DNA of 63,893 nt, filler included, from Reticulomyxa filosa (GCA_000512085.1; 15 parts of 15 records of this genome joined end to end with filler, not necessarily neighbours in it); one strand, 5' to 3'; counted from the whole stretch's first letter, positions 25,440-38,899 are shown. Numbers and translations: made by a program. Notes: generated from the sequence alone by a model not told the origin.

Positions 25440-27277
25440 AAAAAAAAAATTTAAAAAATAAAAAAAAAGTGGAATACTGTTCAATCAAGACGACAAGTAT
25501 GGAAAACACTTGGAAGTGTTTGACAGAAGCAGACCCCATTTTTGGTGGGCGTATGTCGCCAATTGCAACAAAACTGCAGATCTGGGGAAAGTTTCGTTCA
25601 ACACTCATTTTTACCAATACAAACGCGGTACATGGAATCGAGAGTTGGGATTTAATGAAGCAGGTAATAACAAAAAAAAAGAAGCTATAATAAAACTTAA
25701 AGTGGTTCTTTTTTTTTTTTTCAAGTTTTTTTTAATGATTGCCAAGCTCTTTGTTTTATACCATACACATACACAAAAAAAAAAAAAGGTTTGAACTCAG
25801 TGTATTTATCGTATTTTATTATATACTTCCTGTTGTTCGCCATTCAACTGTACGCTTTCTACGTGTATCGCACTTCGCAATATGTCCATCAAATCATTAA
25901 AATACTGACTGTGGTCATTGGAGTGCAGGTGTGTTTTTTTTTTTTTTTTGTGGCTCGTGTCATATCTGGGGGTCACCACATTTTTTTTTTTTTTTGGGTG
26001 TGTGATTACATTTTGTAAAATGTTGTTTGGTAAACTTGCTACAAACAGTTCGTAGCTGTGCTAATGCACTTTGTAGACTGGATGATCTATACCAATACTG
26101 GATACCACCAAGTCGGGCTCGAAGTGCTTGGAGCAGGTTTGTGTATGTATGTCATGTGATACCATCCACCCTTCCCTCCCCCCTTCTTTTTTTTTTTGGG
26201 TTCTTTTCAATGGCATAATATGTGGATCATCAACAATTTGAACAACTTTTTTGCTTTACATAAATACAAATACAAAAAGTGCTGGAAATCTTGGCGTCAA
26301 CATCGTTCACTTTGCTGTTGCTACTATTGGCACAAGGATGGACGATCTCTCACTTGGATGTGCTCTATGGAAGACCGCTAGTCACTGGCATCACCACAAT
26401 GCTCATGTTTCAAATCTCGTTTTACATTTGGAGATTTGTTACCATTGATCCAGAGACTACTCAATACGTTTTGTACAGTTTTTTCGCTCTTCCCTCTTGT
26501 CATTATTATTATTGTATTGTATTGTATTTATGTAACGCCTTTCGATACTCACTAACGTATATTATATACATATACGTATATATACATTAATATATGTTTA
26601 ATCTAAACCTATACGGCTCTTGTCCACTCCCTTCAATAACAAAATGGCTTGCTGTGACTGACAATGTCTAGTTTTACAATATAACGCCAATGTGGTGCTA
26701 TGGCGCTTTTGTGGCTTTTGTCGGAATCTTGTTTTTTATACAAGCCTCGATCAGCTATAGAAAAGAAACACTGAGACCAAAGAAGTTTTTGTATCTAATG
26801 GTATGGCTTATTTCTTTCTTTGCTCTTTGCTTTGCCTATGACAAGGGAAGAGAACAATACAACATGCGAAAACAATACCTAAACTTTAATCATAATGATA
26901 ATAACAATAATGCGCAATAGCTGATGGTTGTGTTCACGTGGTGGTTCTTTATTCCGCTGCTTCGAATAATTATTGCGGACGCATTTTCGCCTTGGGTGCG
27001 TGATGTGTTCATTGTGACGTGTGAATTGACATGGGACACGATCACCTATCTTTTGATGACAATTTTGATGTGGCCTTCATGCGCAAACAAGTACTTCGAT
27101 TTGTCGGTCAAAGACACCCAAAGCCGAATCCTATCCAGGTCCACTGGGCACTCCGGAAAAACAGATTTTGAAAGATTGGAACAAGAAATTGAACAAGAAA
27201 TGGATGAAGTGCAAGCTGTCAAAGGACCCAGTGGCAAGAAACCTCTATACAATCAACTTGCCGAAGATAGGCTGTAA
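25440..27277 (+). CDS. GPR180/TMEM145-family 7TM protein, multi-exon, 5'-truncated
   Basis: RPHFWWAYVANC...WNRELGFNEAG, HQIIKILT, LLLLLLAQGWTIS and LMWPSCANKYF are characteristic of the GPR180/TMEM145 family. Confidence 0.85.
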
Positions 27278-27511
27278 TTCAAACATCGTCTATTGCATCC
27301 ACTCTGCTTTATTACTGTGTTCTAAAATAGATTTGTTAACATAAATAAAAAAGAAGGGAATCTCTTTGTGAAAACAGAGACGATGTTTTGTCTATTCCCA
27401 CAAAAAAATCCTTTCTGAAGTTTGTACTACAATCAATCTTTTCTGTTACTTCAACATATTAATCTTCATATCCATTTTTATGGGAAATCACTTTTCTTCA
27501 CACTTATCATT

Positions 27512-27611
27512 NNNNNNNNNNNNNNNNNNNNNNNNNNNNNNNNNNNNNNNNNNNNTTAATTAATTAANNNNNNNNNNNNNNNNNNNNNNNNNNNNNNNNN
27601 NNNNNNNNNNN
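27512..27611. other. Artificial contig linker
   Basis: N44-TTAATTAATTAA-N44. Confidence 0.98.
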
Positions 27612-28328
27612 CGCCCATCATTAGAGCAGGTTTATGAAAAAAAAGTTTGGAGGCATTTTGCAATGCCGTCATGAGCCACGGATCGAAATCGGGACAGACA
27701 AATCCATTTCCCCATGATCCTGTCCAATGTAAGGAACAAAAAAAGAAACGTAACAATAAACTCTTTTCAAGTCACAACAGAGTTACGTACATATAAATGA
27801 AACAAAAGATGTGTGTATACCTTTGGTGAACTCCACTTTAGCATTGAAAGGAGGATCGGACTCAAACAAACGCTTTAAAGTATAAAACGCATGTTCAGGA
27901 TCGATATCTGGAGGCAAGCGGACCGATAATTTTAGCGTGGTGAATTGGCGCAGCACATTCCCTCCTTTCAAATCAGGAAGTCCGTCACAGCCGACAATAC
28001 ACAATTGCGGCCTCCACGTACTGTTTAACAGTATTTCATGCACATTTTCCAAAGTCATTGGCAATTGGCACTGTGCATGTTCATAGAGTGGCAGTGTCGT
28101 CCATACGTCCTTTCCTACGACCTTGCCCATCTCTTGCGCGTATTTTACATGGTTGGAGGGGATTTTACTCATTAACTCTTTCACTTTGCACTCGCCAGTG
28201 TCCTCATCGAATCTGTCCAGCAAGCTTCGCATTACATGAAACGAATCTCGTACTTTACCACTTTCGCCACTGTGAATACCTTCTTTCAACAATTGCACTC
28301 GCAATTTTCCGGACATCACTCCACGTAG
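27612..28328 (-). CDS. M20 family metallopeptidase (DapE/ArgE-like), internal fragment
   Basis: LRG...LKEGIHSG.SG.V.DSF..MRSLLDR, LLNSTWRPQL.IVG.DGLP...GNVLR.FTTLKLSVRLPP, DPPFNAKVEF, then after an intron GNGF..P....WL..AL..AS..FF.KPALMMG. Confidence 0.9.
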
Positions 28329-28514
28329 CTAAAAGTGCACATTTTTTTTTTTTAGCATTTTTCTGTGGACGCACTCTAAAAAAAAAAAAAAAAAAAACCA
28401 CCCCCCTTTTTTTTTTTTTTTTTTTGTTTTATTAGGACGTGTTAATACATAAACATGTGTATATAAATGTATGCGTATGTATATACATGTATGTGTGTAA
28501 CACAAACAAAAACC

Positions 28515-28764
28515 TGGTGGCCCATAGCAACAATATTCATTATGGTATTTGCCAGAATGAAAGGTCATATATTCAACAGCGAGCGTGTCTTGCTTTTGTT
28601 GGGAAGCTTTCGAATGAGTGTATAACTGATCGTCGAATGACGTATTTCGAAAGAGATGTCCACGGTCTATTGGGACCTCAAGATCATACGTAGCTTCCCA
28701 ATTAGGACCCAAACGCTTAATCCTTTCCAAAGGATCGTCTATTGGCTTATAATCCATCTTGTTC
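28515..28764 (-). CDS. Exon of an unidentified gene (not M20-like)
   Basis: Open coding-like frame DPLERIKRLGPNWEATYDLEVP...CCYGPP ending at a GT donor. Confidence 0.4.
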
Positions 28765-28864
28765 NNNNNNNNNNNNNNNNNNNNNNNNNNNNNNNNNNNN
28801 NNNNNNNNTTAATTAATTAANNNNNNNNNNNNNNNNNNNNNNNNNNNNNNNNNNNNNNNNNNNN
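28765..28864. other. Artificial contig linker
   Basis: N44-TTAATTAATTAA-N44. Confidence 0.98.
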
Positions 28865-28941
28865 ATACATACAAATACAACATGCAAATGCAAGTATAAA
28901 TATAAATAAATATGAAGCTGACGTTAGTAACCTCATGGTAC

Positions 28942-31900
28942 AGCCATGCAACGTACGGCGATAAATTATCGCTGATATTGACAATGGCACGCCCAAAGCT
29001 GTTCAAAGACGCAGAGAAGCACTTGAAGACCAAAACGCCAGAGTCGAAACAACAGCTGATAGCGTCGCATGTGAAATTGTTTTGGAACGCGAGCGATGTC
29101 TTGAGTCGCAAGCATAATTCTGGCCAAAAGTTACGACAAATGGAGATTTAGAGGAAGAGAGGAGCAGCATTGTTTATGTGTATGCATGCATAAGAGAAAA
29201 AAAAAAAAAAAAAAAAAGAATTTGATAATGTTGTTCTCAACAGCACGCTTTTTCAATATCGCACACAAATGGAGACGGCCATGAAATGTGTCGGGAGCCT
29301 GTTGAAGCAATATCTGAACGCAATGTCGGAGGGTCGAAAGGCGACACCGAAATGGCAAAAAAAAAACAACAAGAAGAGCATTGAAGACAACACAGCCGAG
29401 GAAATAAATAAAGACAAAAGTAAAAATAAAAGCAAAAGTAAAAATGAAAATGAAAAAAATAAAAATAAAAATAAAAATAAAAATAAAAATAAGAACAAAG
29501 GTAACGATAACAAGAACGATCAAAATGCAAATGTTAGAATGGGTTGGGAAAAAGAAAAGGAGTGGATCAAATTTGCCTTTCAATTTTTTGTGCAAATTGT
29601 GGCGTTGAAATACGACAAGGATGTACTCAGCTCGTTGCGATTGGAACACATTGTGGCGCAAGCAAATAACACACTGCAAGACATACTGCACATTTGCTGG
29701 AGCTTTCTCACGCATCCCAATTTGGCGCCGTTGAAACGGTTTATCATGCAAGAGTGCATTGACGTGTCGCCGCTATTCCATTCCTCCACCCATCCTTTTC
29801 ATAAAGGCCATCTCCATCCCCGCACAGACACCCCTCCCGGTCCAGAGCTGATCCAGTCCATCGACGCGGCAGTCGACCGTGTCGATATCCATCCTTGGAT
29901 CAACCAACTGGACGATCACAGCCGCGCCAAGGAATTGTTCGTCGATTTCCTTTATTTCCTCCGCTTCTGTGCCTATCTGTTTCCTCTGTCACTCGTCGAA
30001 AATTCCATGAATGCTATTCAAACTTTTCTTGATCACACCCAAGTATAGCTTTCATATATACCACATATACATATATATATATATGTTATATATGAATGTG
30101 TGTTTATTTATTATTTATTTACTTATTTATTCATTCACTCATTTATTCATTTATTCATTCACTCATTTATTCATTTGTTTAATTGCTCTTGTACAGGACA
30201 AAAAGGAAAGTGGCAACGAAAGTAAACTGTTTGGAACTTGCATAAATTCGCTATTGCAGCAATGCTTGGAATCGGATAATCCCTTGTTGTCGTGCGCCGC
30301 TCGCAACGTGTTCCTCGCTTTTGTGGACCACGTGGGCACGGAGGCGTTTGAGTATCTGATGGACATCGTCCATCCAGCTCCGCAGATGGATAACAATCTT
30401 GCACGGGACAACGACGGCGATGACGAAAAAGACCCCAACCGAAACAGTTTGATGCTGAAAAAAGAAGAAGAAGACGAAGAAGAAGAAGAAGAAGAAGATA
30501 CAGGCGATTTTCTTGCGACGCTTAATACCAAAGACGCCGGATTCGACTTGGTCGACTACGGCGATATATCCGATGACAACGAATCGCGTAAGCCTGCAAG
30601 CGCAAATAAAAAGAAGAGCAACAATGAAGGCGATGAAGACAATAAAAGTGATGAAGATTATGAGGACGATATTGACAGTGATGCATTGTCTTTGATAAAT
30701 GAAGCACTCGATAATGAAAACAAAAAAGGAGACGAGAAACAAGAAGAAGAAGAAGAAGAAGATGGACGAGGAGAGGATAATGGAAACCTTGAATCTGATA
30801 TCGAATTGAGTGAGATTGACGAAAATGATCCCAAGGCAATAGCAGCACTAGAAGCCACCGACCGTGCTTTGCTAGAGCTGTTTCGTACAAAGCGAGCACA
30901 AAGCAAAGGCAGTATGCTCGCTAAACAAAAGAGATTGGAAAAGCGGGTATTTCAATTGTTGCAATTGCTCTTCCAGTCCCATCACGATCAACCGCTGTCA
31001 TTGATCATCTTGATGCCATTGCTCCAGAATTTGTGGACCACTTTTAAACGTGCTCAAGTTGATCTGCTAACATATATACAATACATACTTACTTTTTAAT
31101 TTCAATCTCTCTCTCTCTTTGAACCTCCCCCTTTTTTTTTTTTTTTTTGAAGTTATTAATGAAATCCAATGATGTACAACTTTTCCCCTTTGAATAGCAA
31201 TTCGACAAAAATATTGCCATAAAAAATGCGAAAAAAGAAGGTCGTAAAAAACTCAACTTCAAAGACAAGGAACACATTCCGAAAATTCTTCAAACGGTGA
31301 TTCGCGACAGTGAGGGCATTCCCAAATGGCGGCTGGACAAAGATGTTGAAAATGCGTTGAATGACGCCTTGGGCTTTGGCAAGCGCTATTCTAATGAAAA
31401 ACAAAAAAAATACTTTGGTGAGACCGCCAAACTAATCACAAATATTTTAAGCAGCATCACTCCTTCCGTATTGGCGCGTGATCCGCGTGTGCAAACAGAG
31501 TGGTTGAAACCTTTGCTTACTGATATCATTGACGTGACCACTACCGCCCCCACCAACCAACACGAACTGTTGGCCACCAAAGTCCTTTGCTGTGTATCCG
31601 CCGTCTATATCTGGAAATGTATCAATTCGGATGATATCAATCAGGTATTGACATTTTTTTTTTTTTTTTTTTTTTGAGCTTGTCAGGTGAACGTATAAAT
31701 ATATAAATAAATATATGTATACGTATACCTGCATGTTCGTTATTTATGTTATAATGTAAAATACACAGATGAAAGAATTTACAAACAATCTCGACTTATG
31801 GGCCAGATTCAAGGAATTGAATGCCGAGAAGAAACAGCCGAAAAAGAAAACAAACGACGTGAAAAAAAAAAAGAAGAAGAAGAAATGGAAATAGAGCCAA

Positions 31901-32840
31901 AACTACCGAATACATTCAAGTATATTTCGGATGATGCTTTATGGTTGCTCGATTTATGGTTTGGCCACCTCATTTATCTATTGAAACACAAGGCCGGAGT
32001 TTGGACCTTTTCCGGAGAGTTTTTCAACATCCTGCTTCACAAATACCATGTTGTCGGTTGGAAGTTAGTCGAGCAAGGCTTCAAAGCCTTTGAAGTTTGC
32101 AAAAATCCTTGGGCCAAACTGCAAATGTTTTTGTTGTTGCGCGAGGCTTGTGCGAATACACAATCAACAGTTTGGAGGCATTTCTATTATATTATATGTG
32201 TATATACATTTATATTTATTTATATTCTTTTTTTTTAAAAAAAATGGGCATATACACAAAATTAGCCAATCAAAGATCTAATGAAAAATGTGGCCCAACA
32301 TTTGATTGCGCCATTGGACAATGTTTTATTCGGAGAGGTGGATTATTCAAAGAAAGCTCAATGTACCAAAATTGCAATTGGCTTTTTTACAAAAACTGAA
32401 AAAGGCTCAAATCCAAACCGAGGCCATAGCTGAAATTGAAAAATTATTGCAAAAAAATATTGCTTCTCGTAAAAGCAGCAAAAACAAAAAAGAAGAAGAC
32501 GACGAAAGACAACAACAAAAAACCAAACCAACCAAAATCTCAGAAAAAAAATAATAAAAACAAACCAAATCATAATGAAAAATCAGCCGAAAATAAGCAT
32601 CCAAACAAAGCTAACTCTTCAAGCAAAACAAAATCAAAGAATAACCAATCTTCAAAAAATAAAGGTAACAATAAGAACTCACCCGCACCAACTTCGCCAA
32701 CGAAAAATGCTAATCAAAACAAAATTGCAGGCAAGAAAAGAAAGCTTTCCAATGTCGATTCCGGAAACAAGAAGACCTCTTCGCAAACTAATAATCCCCC
32801 TCTTAAAAAACGAAAAGTTGCTAAAACAAAGACAAAGTAA
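28942..32840 (+). CDS. MYBBP1A: Pol5/MYBBP1A-like nucleolar ARM-repeat protein, multi-exon, 5'-truncated
   Basis: SLLQQCLESDNPLLSCAARNVFLAFVDHVGTEAFEYLMDIV, an acidic tract, then LEATDRALLELFRTKR...KRVFQLLQLLFQSHHDQPLSLIILMPLL, and a basic C-terminal tail. This is the same motif order as in Pol5/MYBBP1A. Confidence 0.7.
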
Positions 32841-33092
32841 AATAATTTTTTTCATGATCTTTTTTTTTAATGGTATTTTTGTTAAATCGATATGAAGATA
32901 TTTTTTGAATTAAATAACGATGATATTAAAAAATTAAGTTTGTTTTATTGATAATCGGCTCTTAGCCAAACCTCGCATTTACAGAATGCGGTAATAAAAA
33001 ATTAAAGTACAAAGTATTTTTATCAAATTGGAAGAATACACACATTTGTTACTAGCCTTCTCTTGCGATCGGCTTATTGGTAGGTTTGAACT

Positions 33093-34543
33093 TCAATTCG
33101 CCAGTGTGATTGCTTCCGCCGTGGTTAGCATTAGCATTACCATCTTGTTAGCGCGAGCATTTTCAACTTGTTGGAAACAGTGGCCGCATGCCAAGTGCCA
33201 AACGATATCAGTGCAGTACCGACAGACGGCGGCAATAGTTGTGGCATTTTGGCCCGTATTTGAGTCGGTTGCACTTTTTGCGTGAGCGCCTGACGAGCCT
33301 GTGGTCTGTGACGACGTGGGTCCTAACAAAACCTTCACGCGGGGGCTTTTCCGACAACGTGAATGATTGATCGCGCAAGCTTTGTACGTGTCTGTAGTGC
33401 AGATCATTGGCAAACGTGCTTGTACAACACGACAGGCGAGTACAAGCCCACCAGGATTCAGCGCGTTCAACACTGCATTTCTGGCAAGCGTAAACGCGTC
33501 TTGCAGCGCTCTGGCAAATGCATTCACCAACATCAGCTCTATCTTTGATATTTCCAAGCACGGTGATATCTTCACGAACACAATTGTGGTGTTCGTTCGA
33601 ATCGCCGGCTCTGTGTCTTGCGCTTGAAGCTTCGTCAGCACAGGCTCCAACATTTCACGCAGCGTCTTCATGTCCAATTTCGGTGCAAAGTGTAGTAATG
33701 ATCGAATGGAGCATTTTCTTCATCGGAGAATTAGGTCATTCAACTATACATTTAAAAATCTATTAATCTTCGAATTATTTGTCAAAAATAAAATATTATT
33801 TATTTATTGTGCCTTAAAACTGATGATTGATCCATAAAATCCATTAATAGCACAATGGAAAATATCTTTGGAAATAGTATTGATATCCAAACAATGAATG
33901 AACTTGTCCAAGCTTTTTAACATGTTGATATGGATGTCATTTTCATTGTTTTTGAACCAATTGACGAGAATGGGCTTGACAATCTTTTTAAACTCTTCTT
34001 GTGTTTGCATTTTCGATATTTTCAAGACGCAAAACAATATGGATTGGCTCTACTCCGGGCAATGTTTCAGCAAATGGCTGATGGCAGGTATGATGCTGTA
34101 CTTGTACCGCTCTGTCGGAAACGACTCAATGTTTTGGTCAAGCGCTTGTAGAACACGTCCTTTTCATTGTTCGACTTCAGCGTAATTTCATCCAAAAACC
34201 TCACCGTTTGAACCAACGAGCGTTCAAAAAAAAGTGACGACAAAAGATTGTTTGTTGTTAAACGCGGCTGTGCCTTCATTTTTTTTAAGATAATGGTTCA
34301 TTATCACCATGCAAGATTGCACAATTTCTTATACGTTCTTCTTTCTTTCCATTTGTGACTTCATCACCACTGATTGTGGCTTAAGCGTACTACTTTTAGA
34401 GAAAAAAAACAAACCAATTTAAATTGCTTACAAAAAAAAGAAAAAAGACAAAAATATAAACTTTTAATTTGAATAACTTTGTGCATTTGAATGAATGAAT
34501 CATACGATATAAATAGTCCAACTATTTCATTCCAATCTTGCTC
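33093..34543 (-). pseudogene. SCYL1: SCYL1/Cex1-like pseudokinase HEAT region with stops and frameshifts
   Basis: FFERSLVQTVRFLDEITLKSNNEKDVFYKRL and LQAQDTEPAIRTNTTIVFVKISPCL...LVNAFARALQDAFTLARNA match SCYL1. The frame is disrupted several times. Confidence 0.8.
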
Positions 34544-34643
34544 NNNNNNNNNNNNNNNNNNNNNNNNNNNNNNNNNNNNNNNNNNNNTTAATTAATTAAN
34601 NNNNNNNNNNNNNNNNNNNNNNNNNNNNNNNNNNNNNNNNNNN
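34544..34643. other. Artificial contig linker
   Basis: N44-TTAATTAATTAA-N44. Confidence 0.98.
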
Positions 34644-35488
34644 TCACAAAATTGCTTTTTCAAAAATTAGTTACTAAAGAACAAAAACCCATAGAATTTA
34701 CAAATCTATGTTATTTTAACTTTTATACTTTTTCATTTTCACTCAAATACTCGGAAATGTCATATGTTATTTTTTTATTCTTTCGAATAAACAAAACAAC
34801 AATTCAAGCGTGAAAGAGAAGCAAGTTGGTGAAAATAAAGGAATAAATTAATCATTATATTTGTAAACAATCAGTCGAGGTCAATTGCCTTGAACATGAA
34901 GATATGAATGAAACTAATTGCAGGAGAGAATTGTCTAAAACAATTCCCTATTACTAAATGAAGATAGTGTAATACCTATCTAAAATCTCTTCCCTCGATT
35001 ATTGATGAAATGTAATTATATCAATTTCTCGCTAGATTAAACTGTTCTTTTGTCCTTAATAAAAAATATGTTTTTGCATATTTGGAATCATTTGAATTTA
35101 AATTTTTGTGTTCCATTATCACACTAGTATGTTAGTTTTTAATTTGTATTGATAAATTTCGTAGCTATGCAATGGGAAGTAAAATAAAGTTCTTCGAGGA
35201 CAACCGTGGCTTGTGAATCGTGAAGATAGATAATATCTGTGGCAAAATCAGTTATATTTCTGCAACTAGGCGACTTTTTTTGTTATAAAAAAAAACCAAT
35301 TTCCTCGGTACTGTGTACGTCACTTGAACAAAGTAAAAAAAGGGTGTCTCCCCCCCCTCCAATAAAGTAAGAATTTTTGAAGAAATCTTTGCGTTCAGTC
35401 AATTCATTTTGAGCATTGTTTTCCTCCAAGTTATTATATCACTTTTTTTTTGAGCTTAGTTCGACTTGGTAGCTCTAGATAAAGGAGA

Positions 35489-35893
35489 ATGGTGGAACCT
35501 TGGCCTGGCTACCGCTGGCCGGAGGAGTGGGAAGCGGACGAAGAGTTTATGTGCGTGCACTTTATTCCGAAGGGGCCCGACGAGTTGACATGGCAATCGC
35601 AAGTGAAGTTTTGGACGGGTGCAGTGCGACAGTACGCATGGCAGTTGGTGAAGGAGTGTCCGTATGACAAGAAGAGCAAGTTGACATTTACGCCGTTGGA
35701 GATTGAGCAAGTGCACACACGAAGGAACGGGATGAAGCCGCGTTGCATTGAGGCAATCATTAAGCGGATGATAGGAGATGATGAGATCCTGTTGAGATCA
35801 GATATTACGTTATCGTTCCACGAGGAGCAGCAGCAAAGAACAGCCCGACGAAGACGAACGACAGCAACGACAGCAACGACAGCAACGACAGCA
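35489..35893 (+). CDS. CHMP7: CHMP7-like (ESCRT-II/III hybrid) N-terminal winged-helix region, 3'-truncated
   Basis: WPEEWEADEEFMCVHF...WQSQVKFW...LEIEQVHTRRNGMKPRCIEAIIKRMIGDDEILLRSD parallels CHMP7 PPEWEEDEERMSFLF...WDSKMGFW...LQEAFQRKGSVPLGL.TVL..L...GEL.RESD. Confidence 0.75.
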
Positions 35894-35993
35894 NNNNNNN
35901 NNNNNNNNNNNNNNNNNNNNNNNNNNNNNNNNNNNNNTTAATTAATTAANNNNNNNNNNNNNNNNNNNNNNNNNNNNNNNNNNNNNNNNNNNN
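35894..35993. other. Artificial contig linker
   Basis: N44-TTAATTAATTAA-N44. Confidence 0.98.
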
Positions 35994-36062
35994 TTTTTTT
36001 TTTTTTTTTTTTTTTAAAAAAAAAGGGATTATCTTTTCAAACATAAAAAAATGTATTGCTAG

Positions 36063-36484
36063 CTAACTTGAAAAAAGACATTGTTTTTGGTGCCGATATA
36101 TATGCTTCTTGTCTTTTGTGACCACCTGATGGCATTGTGGGCATAACACAAAACTAACAGCAACAGAAGGGCTGGTGGTGTTCGAAACGCTGAAAGTACT
36201 TTTGCTGTCGTAGTCGACCCCGGTGACATTTTCGTCGCACCGTGACGGAAAATCGGCACTGGAACTAACAACGGAACAAGTGGACCCGACTGCGTCACTG
36301 TCCTCTTGTTCTTGTTGTCTTTGATGCAAATTCGAAAGGGAGAGATGCGTGAGAGGTGATTGCGCACGATATTGATGGGGTTGTCCCAACCCATCCGTCA
36401 CTGTGGCAGTAGTCTCCACATGCTCCGCTGCGTCGTAAAAAAGATTGCTTACGAGGTTCTATCTTTATGGGTAGTTCCGCGGTC
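36063..36484 (-). CDS. Exon ending in a C2HC (UBZ-like) zinc finger
   Basis: AG acceptor near 36485, then an open frame to VLCPQCHQVVTKDKKHIYRHQKQCL. Confidence 0.45.
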
Positions 36485-37488
36485 CTAATGGAATAAGATC
36501 AAAATAAAGATTCCAGCAAATATCAACACAGATATTTTGAACTTAAGCGAAAAGAAAATTAATAAAAACTTGTTCCCTTGTGGCTGTGCACAACCACAAG
36601 CTCAAGTAGCGCTGAAAATGGAAAAAAAAATTATATGCCAATAACCAACTAACAACTGACCAAACACTTGACCTTTGAAAATTGTTGCAGGTAAAAATTG
36701 ATTCAATTTTGTTTTAGCAATCACTACCAAATACTACCACCTAACTTAATTTGATATTTTTGAGGCTTGTCCTACAAATGTTTGGAATATAACAATGCTA
36801 ATAACATTGCTAATAACATTCAATGCGAACTGACATTGGCTCACCACAAACGGCAATTTCACTTACCTAATTGAATTAAAATCCAAATGGGACAAAAACG
36901 ACAAAAATACCAACACCACATTTTAAAAAAGTAAAACCCAAACAAAAATATATCTTTATTCTTCTTTTAGAGCGACTGAAAGTAAGATGACAATTCTGTC
37001 AAAAGTAATTATTGATAATTAGTAAAAGGTGCTATTTCAAGATTAACCTCAAACCTGTTCCAATGAACCAAAGAATAAACTCATCAGAGAACATGTTCAC
37101 CAATCAGCATGCTGCAAAGCTGGTGATGCAGCACAAACAGCATAGCATCAATCAAAACAAATTGTACGAAACCAATTAGCCGAGACAAAAAAAAGATAAG
37201 ATAAGAAAAGAAAAATGAAAGACTGCAACAAGAACAAAATGAAAAAAAAATTTATTAAAATAATTATAAAAATTAAAACCAAAAAAAAAAAAAAAGGAAA
37301 GGAGTACTAGCCAAAGCCGACCAAAGACTAACTTGAAGTTCACAGCACAAGATGATGCAAAAGTCAATGGGAGCAACCGAAGCGAAATGAATCGAAGGAA
37401 ATAAATAAATAAGTAAAATAAATAAATGCAAAGAAAAAGAAAGTAAAAAATAATTATCAAAAAAAAAAAAAGTAACCCTAAAAAAAAA

Positions 37489-37588
37489 NNNNNNNNNNNN
37501 NNNNNNNNNNNNNNNNNNNNNNNNNNNNNNNNTTAATTAATTAANNNNNNNNNNNNNNNNNNNNNNNNNNNNNNNNNNNNNNNNNNNN
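37489..37588. other. Artificial contig linker
   Basis: N44-TTAATTAATTAA-N44. Confidence 0.98.
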
Positions 37589-38695
37589 TGTGATATGTGT
37601 TGCTTGAAATATTTTATAGATATTCCAAAGTCAACAATGAAATTTTTGAATGCGGATGGACAAGTTTTTGCTGTATACATTTGTCATTGGTACTGAAACG
37701 AGTTCCCAGCGATGGCAACAGTAACAGCAATGGCAGTAGTAACAATATCGATGATTGCAATAAATGAAAGTAAAATTGGCCACCTCATCGTCGAATTGTT
37801 GCTGCTGGAAATACAATATATCATCGAATCATGTAAGCCGCACTACAACGCACGCACATATCATTTCTCTAATAAATTTATTTGTTATCATTGAATAAAT
37901 ATCTATTAATGATGGCGTGCTTCAAATATGGTTACGGTATTACGTTTTGAATAACGTAGTTTGGAAAAAAAATCGGAAGTTCATATCGTGTAATGTGGCT
38001 CATCATAGATGGATTGAAATCGAACAATTGAAAGTGGTGAGCTGGAGATTATAATGATTATATGCGCAATCTATATTCTAAGTTATAATATTTCTTTATA
38101 ATTTGATTGAAACACGTATGATCAGTACTCATGTATATAACATAGTTCTCCAAAGAATACAACACCTTTATATCGAGAAATTGGAAAGTGGCTGTGGTGC
38201 CAGTGAAAATGGTGAAGCGAAGTGCAAACAACGCCAAATTTGTGGCATTTTTGAACGCAAGTATTTGACACTCGCATCAAATTTTTGATTGAAAACTGTT
38301 GTTTTTTGTGTTCTTTTGATTTTTCTTTTAATGATTATTTTAATGTTCTCCTCCAGCCCACCTGATATATTGTTCAAATTATATAATCATCGTAAAAAAA
38401 TTTTTGAACTTTAATATTTTAGATCTAAAAGAAAGCGCGTGCTGTGCGAAATTAGAAATTAATTCTTGCCACTTTCCTGGTAAAAAAAGACCTCGAGTAG
38501 TGTCCTCTTGCCGTCATGTAGAAGTAGATGACAAGAAGAATAACGTATAACAGAAAGGAATGTATGCGACAAAAAGATATTTTAAACACGACACCAGAGT
38601 ATTGTATTAAGGAAAAAAAAGAATCAAAAGCATAACGAAAGTGGTAATGGTATTAATCTGTATCGTCATCAGGTTACATCAAATGTGGTATCAAA

Positions 38696-38795
38696 NNNNN
38701 NNNNNNNNNNNNNNNNNNNNNNNNNNNNNNNNNNNNNNNTTAATTAATTAANNNNNNNNNNNNNNNNNNNNNNNNNNNNNNNNNNNNNNNNNNNN
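38696..38795. other. Artificial contig linker
   Basis: N44-TTAATTAATTAA-N44. Confidence 0.98.
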
Positions 38796-38899
38796 AATTC
38801 ATTTTATTGTTTGCATGCGCAAATAAAATTCTGTTCAAAACAAAAGAAAGAATAAAGTGCTAAAATAAAAAGAGTTTTAAAAGTGTGGTCCATGTCTTA

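Noticed and set aside
37473-37482. TAACCCTAAA near a contig end as a telomere
   Set aside because: Single unit within poly-A; no tandem array.
37589-38695. Possible gene relic on this short contig
   Set aside because: Coding-like composition, but no frame or motif could be assigned.
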